DNA from: Candidatus Saccharimonadaceae bacterium
GTDB taxonomy: Bacteria > Patescibacteriota > Saccharimonadia > Saccharimonadales > Saccharimonadaceae
Direction of reading: 5' to 3'
Assembly (NCBI GenBank): GCA_041907345.1
Contig: JAYRHL010000007.1
Location: forward strand, 31,933 to 95,932
DNA: 64,000 nt
Shown: in pieces, positions 61,169-64,000 of the stretch
How the letters are laid out: each line of letters opens with the position of its first letter
How positions within the stretch are numbered: position 1 is the first letter of the stretch
Notes under the pieces: model-generated
Told to the model about the DNA's origin: nothing
Database searches by the model: none
The model's input: only the letters and a program-made list of their open reading frames with translations
Position numbers and translations under genes: made by a program

Positions 61169-62806
61169 ATGAAAAGACCGTTGTGGAAAGGCATCGTGCT
61201 GAACATCAGTATGTTCGTGATATTTTTGATATTCGCACGGATCGGTCTGAATCTGGGATACGCAGATATACTCACATCAGTATGGCCAGTCGCGGGTATC
61301 ACGCTCGCTGCCGTTTATTTGTTCGGCTATCAACTCCTCCCGTCGATCGCTCTTGGGTCACTCGTTTTTAGCTTTTCCGTGGGGACCGCACCGATCGCCG
61401 CAGCAGGAATTATGGTTGAGGCCACCCTCAGACCATTTCTGGGAGCATATATCCTTCGAAAAATAGGTTTTGACCCTTTACTCAGACGATCCCGAGATGT
61501 CCTGTACTTTATTGGTGCCGCGGGTATGCTGTGCTGTATCATTAGCGCAACAATTGGTGCGGTTAGTTTGATTGTCGGTGGCATGATACAGTACGATGAT
61601 TTTGCCTACGCATGGGGGACATGGTTTATCGGCGACTTTCTCGGTGTTGTTGTCATCGCGCCGGCATTACTGGTATGGGCTAGCCGTATTCGATCGAGCG
61701 AGGAAAGAAAAAAAATTCTTTATAAAGAAATGATCATGTATGGCATCTCCCTAGCAATAATTAGTGGTATTGTGTATTCAGATGTGATCTGGCGGGGGTT
61801 TGACCCAAATGCTTCGGCGTACATCATGTATGTACCACTCATATTTATTTCGTTAAAGTTTCGTCAGTCTGGTAGCGTCCTTGGTGTATTAGTCGTTTCG
61901 ATTGTGGCGACTGCCTTCGTTGAATTGCTCTATTCACGCGGTATCTCGTCCAAGGAATCTTCTGATTTACATTTTCAGCTGCAACAATTTATGGGCATTA
62001 CCGCCATGACATTTCTGATGATGTCCGCGCTCGTTGAGCAGTATATTCGCTCAAAGACGCGACAAATTGCACTGCTGGAAGAAACAATCGCGCTGAGTGA
62101 GGAGAGAACGAAATTGCATAAACTTTCCGAAGCAAAAGATGAATTTATCGCCGTTGCCTCACACCAATTACGCACACCGACGGCGGGTATAAAAGTCAGT
62201 CTGGGCATGTTACGCGACGGTATACACGGTAGGCTGAATAGAGACCAGCTGAAAAGCGTCGATGCCGCCAATGAATTTAACGATAGACAGATAAAAATGA
62301 TTGATGATTTACTGAGCATTGCCCAGCTGACGATGGACGGCGTTGCGTTACGGAAAAAATCGGTTAACATTAATGAAATCATTTCTGATGTCGTCTACCG
62401 AATTATGCCGAAAATCCTCCATCGCAAACAACGACTCGTTTTTCATAATAGCGAGGATACAATGCGGGTACGCGTGGACCCGGATAAATTTTCTGCAGTC
62501 GTCGAAAACATTGTTGATAATGCCAGCAAATATTCACCTGATGGTTCCAAGATTTTCATTACAACAACCCAAAAGAAAAATTCCTATTACATTGCCGTCA
62601 AGGACCAGGGCGTCGGAATTGCAAAAAAAGACATTAATAAACTATTCAAAAAATTCTCTCGCATTCATAACAAACTGACCGATACAACGATCGGGAATGG
62701 ACTGGGACTCTATTGGTCGCGCAAGATTATTCAGCTACATGGCGGCGATATTACGGTGACATCATCGCCAGGCAAGGGATCGACCTTCACAATTGTTATC
62801 AAATAA
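61169..62806 (+). CDS. Sensor histidine kinase with polytopic N-terminal sensor (MASE1-like)
   Basis: About 8 TM segments, then H-box VASHQLRTPT, N-box DNASKYS and G-box GNGLGLYWSRKII. TATAAT lies 7 nt upstream of the ATG. Confidence 0.75.
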   Translation: MKRPLWKGIVLNISMFVIFLIFARIGLNLGYADILTSVWPVAGITLAAVYLFGYQLLPSIALGSLVFSFSVGTAPIAAAGIMVEATLRPFLGAYILRKIGFDPLLRRSRDVLYFIGAAGMLCCIISATIGAVSLIVGGMIQYDDFAYAWGTWFIGDFLGVVVIAPALLVWASRIRSSEERKKILYKEMIMYGISLAIISGIVYSDVIWRGFDPNASAYIMYVPLIFISLKFRQSGSVLGVLVVSIVATAFVELLYSRGISSKESSDLHFQLQQFMGITAMTFLMMSALVEQYIRSKTRQIALLEETIALSEERTKLHKLSEAKDEFIAVASHQLRTPTAGIKVSLGMLRDGIHGRLNRDQLKSVDAANEFNDRQIKMIDDLLSIAQLTMDGVALRKKSVNINEIISDVVYRIMPKILHRKQRLVFHNSEDTMRVRVDPDKFSAVVENIVDNASKYSPDGSKIFITTTQKKNSYYIAVKDQGVGIAKKDINKLFKKFSRIHNKLTDTTIGNGLGLYWSRKIIQLHGGDITVTSSPGKGSTFTIVIK

Positions 62807-62886
62807 AACTGCTCCGTGGATAGCGGTGCACTTGCGAATTCTGTTAGATACTGGCATAATACACATACTAAATAACAGAGAGAACC

Positions 62887-63552
62887 ATGCGCATTCCAGG
62901 CAGATCAGACATCATCGACCAACTCGCAGTCGAAACAACCAGTCAACCGCACTACGACATTCGACAGCTGTCGCACGAAATAATCTTGCGTTCTGGCAAC
63001 ACGTCTCATACCTGGATAAACGACCGCGGTTCCAAAATTAGCCTGGTCGCCATTGATGATAGTAACTATCGTACATATGAACTATTCGTCCAGGATCACA
63101 ATGACACTGATTTTCACCATTTCATCTACAGCAATATGTCCCAACCAATTCGCTATGAATACCCGCTGTATACCTGGCACCGGAAACGAGATGGGGAAGA
63201 GACACGTGCTCAATTGGAATCACTACTACTGACCGGACCGGTAGGTGACAAAACGCCCGATAATCATACAGAAAACAAAATACAGAAAATATTTTCGGTT
63301 ATCGCGCGTCGTCTCGTCATGGAAAACATCGAAGAGAATCAACCGGGTTACCGCGCACAGATTTTTAACGAAATCCTTGCAGCTAACGATACGGACACCA
63401 AATTCGCTATTGGACAAAAACTCTATGACGAGAGCATCATGATTGGCAACTTTACTATCGATGCAGCCCAATTCGATCTCGCCCTCAGCGAGCAAATGAT
63501 GCACTACCGCGCACAACAGCGTCAATTAACACAGCGAACCGAGAATCAATAA
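62887..63552 (+). CDS. Hypothetical protein (221 aa)
   Basis: ORF only. Confidence 0.5.
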   Translation: MRIPGRSDIIDQLAVETTSQPHYDIRQLSHEIILRSGNTSHTWINDRGSKISLVAIDDSNYRTYELFVQDHNDTDFHHFIYSNMSQPIRYEYPLYTWHRKRDGEETRAQLESLLLTGPVGDKTPDNHTENKIQKIFSVIARRLVMENIEENQPGYRAQIFNEILAANDTDTKFAIGQKLYDESIMIGNFTIDAAQFDLALSEQMMHYRAQQRQLTQRTENQ

Positions 63553-63553
63553 A

Positions 63554-64000
63554 TTATTGTTTGCCGTCGATGTTGTGGCCACCAAATTTGTTGCGCATTG
63601 CCGCAAGTAGTTTCGTAGAGAAATCAACCTGACCTTGTTGTGACGCCAAACGAACGTCGAATGATGCCTGAATTGCCGGCATTGGAATACCTAATTCTTT
63701 GGCTGTTTCGAGTGTCCATCGAGCTTCGCCCGATTCGGCAACAACGCCGCTGATCCCGTCCATATTTGGATTTTCATGAAGTGCTTGACGAGTTAAATCG
63801 TTCAACCAACTTGTCACGACACTCGACTGCTGCCAGATATCACCAGCTGCAGCGAGGTCAAGATCAGGGTATGGACCTTCTTTTAACACTCGGTAGCCTT
63901 CGGCCAATGATTGCATCATGCCGTATTCAATCGCGTTGTGGACCATTTTGACGAAATGTCCCGTGCCGTTCGTGCCAAAGAATTGATGACCGCCACGCGG
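63554..64000 (-). CDS. gnd: 6-phosphogluconate dehydrogenase, C-terminal part (N-terminus beyond window end)
   Basis: MVHNAIEYGMMQSLAEGY and SGEARWT match the 6PGDH C-terminal domain. The reading frame stays open to position 64000. Confidence 0.8.
   Translation of the reverse strand, partial: PRGGHQFFGTNGTGHFVKMVHNAIEYGMMQSLAEGYRVLKEGPYPDLDLAAAGDIWQQSSVVTSWLNDLTRQALHENPNMDGISGVVAESGEARWTLETAKELGIPMPAIQASFDVRLASQQGQVDFSTKLLAAMRNKFGGHNIDGKQ

Overview
This is a dense bacterial chromosome segment with about 95 plausible protein genes and one tRNA. I found no rRNA, CRISPR array, transposase or integrase. Housekeeping anchors, in order:
- rplK (cut by the window start) and rplA
- thyX-dcd-tmk
- cydA plus a short subunit-II-like gene
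- rplJ-rplL with a promoter and structured leader
- pepF, dnaX-dnaB, ybaB-recR, nrnA, cysS, tgt and greA
- an OmpR-type response regulator, two histidine kinases, an HxlR regulator and an ECF sigma factor
- tRNA-Gln(UUG) and gnd (cut by the window end)

The many small lineage-specific membrane or acidic proteins, and the frequent TATAAT-N6/7-ATG (leaderless-type) starts, suggest a small-genome Patescibacteria/Saccharibacteria-like organism. That is inference only.

Main oddities:
1. The normally contiguous rplK-rplA-rplJ-rplL cluster is split by a 7.4-kb block and a 26.3-kb block of accessory DNA.
2. A 472-bp imperfect foldback element with hairpin termini sits between dnaB and a convergent mini-gene.
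3. One 27-nt terminator hairpin recurs five times between 21.7 and 26.9 kb, together with duplicated promoter/leader modules, giving a cassette-like array of small membrane-protein genes.
4. That array ends in an ECF sigma factor and an mTERF-like repeat protein.
5. An orphan tail-fibre/tailspike-like gene pair has no other phage genes nearby.
6. A low-GC islet lies directly upstream of the rplJ promoter.
7. tRNA-Gln is followed by three tandem partial copies of its own 3' end.
8. A Y-shaped structured RNA candidate lies downstream of rplL.

All functional calls come from motif recognition by eye. No database search or folding program was run.
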